Assembly (NCBI GenBank): GCA_016715945.1
Contig: JADJXJ010000001.1
Location: 1,599,367 to 1,663,366 of the forward strand
Direction of reading: 5' to 3'
DNA from: Bacteroidota bacterium
Lineage (GTDB): Bacteria > Bacteroidota > Bacteroidia > Bacteroidales > F082
DNA: 64,000 nucleotides
In this document: positions 62,833-64,000 of the stretch, piece after piece
How the letters are laid out: the number at the start of each line of letters is the position of its first letter
How positions within the stretch are numbered: position 1 is the stretch's first letter
Position numbers and translations under genes: made by a program
Notes under the pieces: generated by a model
The model's input: the letters and a program-made list of their open reading frames with translations, nothing else
Told to the model about the DNA's origin: nothing
Databases searched by the model: none

Positions 62833-64000
62833 TCAGATGGGCTTAAACAGCCCGAAAAGCCTTTTGTCGTAGGTCGAAGTCCAGATGTATCGTCCCGAAA
62901 CTTCAAAGTGTTCTCCTGCGGGATTCCACACATAAGTGCGCAACCGGGCATTTCGGAGCGAAGCAGGTCCGCTGTCGAACCGCCAGGCCGCATTGAGGGT
63001 AAAGCCTGCTCCGGGCAATATTTTTCGCCCTGTTTCACCTGCTAACCAAACCACCGGAAGACTATCGGGGTGCACGCGAAACTCAAGCACAAGCCTGGCC
63101 TGGCTCAGGGTGTCGCTCGCCTGGCAGCGCAAACTCACGGCCACCACATCATCCTGAGGATCAAACAGGCTATCAGATTCAAAAAGCAAGCCATATTCGC
63201 TGCCATCCACAACGAAAGGTGGCTCAAACCTATCGTCACGCAGCAAACGCTCGCCAGGCGCAGGTGCAAAGGGCTGCCTGCTGCGGCGAAGCAGATAGTA
63301 TTCGGCATTGAAATAAACCTGATGGGTCACAACTTCCCCATACACCGATCGCGCTGCGGCTATCCACTCGTAGGGAACATAATCGGCCCAGGCAAAACCG
63401 AGGTATTCGGTCGGCAAAGTATCGAGCCAGGAAGAAAAATTGCCCAGAGGTTCCCGCTTGTTGAATAAACGGTAGCCTGACACCTTATTTTCAGGCATAT
63501 AAAAGGCAAACATAGCCGGCGTGCTGCTCACAGCCGCAAAAGTGAAATCGCCGCCCAACCTCGAGGCATCTTCAACTGCCCGGGCAGGCGCAAGCGCAAA
63601 GGCCTGCTGTTGCATGAGCTGTACATGTTTGCGGCCAAAAAGCAAACTGCCGGTTCCGGCAGCGAGAATGATGATAACCACAATCAGGTGGACTGAAAAA
63701 GATAAGCCCCTGCCAAAGGAGAAAATAGCCAGCATCAGAAATGGAAACCCAAATATCAGGGTACTAAACTGAAGCACAGGTACCCGCCAAACCGAATAGG
63801 CAAAGCCAAGCAGCAACGGAATGAAAAACAAAAGCGCAAGCACCGATCTGGTTTGCCAGACTTTAGAAACCTCAGCTTCTGCGGCCGAACCGAAAAATCG
63901 GGGAAGAAGCAGCACTGCGCCGAAGATGACAGAATAATTGACCACATAGGAAAAGAAACCCGCAAGGAATGCTGGCCCGGGTTTGCCTAACCAGTCGCCA
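62833..64000 (-). CDS. membrane protein, C-terminal part only (N-terminus lies beyond the right edge); possibly the tail of a GT-C-type glycosyltransferase
   Basis: The frame stays open upstream of the track's Met to position 64000 (own translation ...GDWLGKPGPAFLAGFFSYMVNYSVIF...). Several TM helices are followed by a soluble about 230-aa domain. The family guess is weak. Confidence 0.5.
   Translation of the reverse strand, partial: GDWLGKPGPAFLAGFFSYVVNYSVIFGAVLLLPRFFGSAAEAEVSKVWQTRSVLALLFFIPLLLGFAYSVWRVPVLQFSTLIFGFPFLMLAIFSFGRGLSFSVHLIVVIIILAAGTGSLLFGRKHVQLMQQQAFALAPARAVEDASRLGGDFTFAAVSSTPAMFAFYMPENKVSGYRLFNKREPLGNFSSWLDTLPTEYLGFAWADYVPYEWIAAARSVYGEVVTHQVYFNAEYYLLRRSRQPFAPAPGERLLRDDRFEPPFVVDGSEYGLLFESDSLFDPQDDVVAVSLRCQASDTLSQARLVLEFRVHPDSLPVVWLAGETGRKILPGAGFTLNAAWRFDSGPASLRNARLRTYVWNPAGEHFEVSGRYIWTSTYDKRLFGLFKPI

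Noticed and set aside
1-64000. tRNA, rRNA, tmRNA, RNase P and SRP RNA genes
   Set aside because: I scanned the intergenic spacers by eye for T-loop (GGTTCGAATCC-like) and other conserved cores and found none. Absence cannot be proven without tRNAscan or Infernal.

Overview
The window looks like a chromosomal segment of a Bacteroidota genome. Three lines of evidence support this: three proteins end in T9SS type-A C-terminal sorting domains; gldF-gldG-DUF4340, ftsK-lolA and parA-parB-DUF5683-dapB-lepB gene orders are present; and many genes have a TAnnTTTG -7 box 14-25 nt upstream of the ATG with no Shine-Dalgarno sequence. I call about 57 protein genes, two of them cut by the window edges, and most are housekeeping.

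Gene content by function:
- Cofactor and nucleotide metabolism: pdxJ, dtd, nnr, purK, purE, dapB.
- DNA, RNA and translation: parE, tsaC/sua5, frr, a THUMP RNA methyltransferase, a small MazG.
- Envelope and surface: lepB, lolA, and an ArnC/ArnT-like surface-glycolipid modification cluster.
- Other clusters: an alpha-glucan locus (MFS transporter plus two GH13 enzymes), an Rrf2-porin-cupin module, and a His-rich metal exporter.

I found no tRNA, rRNA, CRISPR array or recognisable defence system, and no convincing new protein-coding system.

The most unusual content is non-coding. Between 15.1 and 25.0 kb, four intergenic spacers are filled with nested short tandem repeats:
- 7-8-mer arrays.
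- A 21-bp array in which variation is confined to one RRG triplet.
- A perfect 114-bp duplication with an internal 9-mer array.
- An 8-mer x11 array directly upstream of the purK promoter.

Two of these arrays carry strong G-quadruplex motifs. A 1.6-kb gene-free island also holds an internally deleted IS66-family element with intact 16-bp terminal inverted repeats.

All calls rest on reading the sequence and the ORF track. No database searches were run, so family names are recognition-based.
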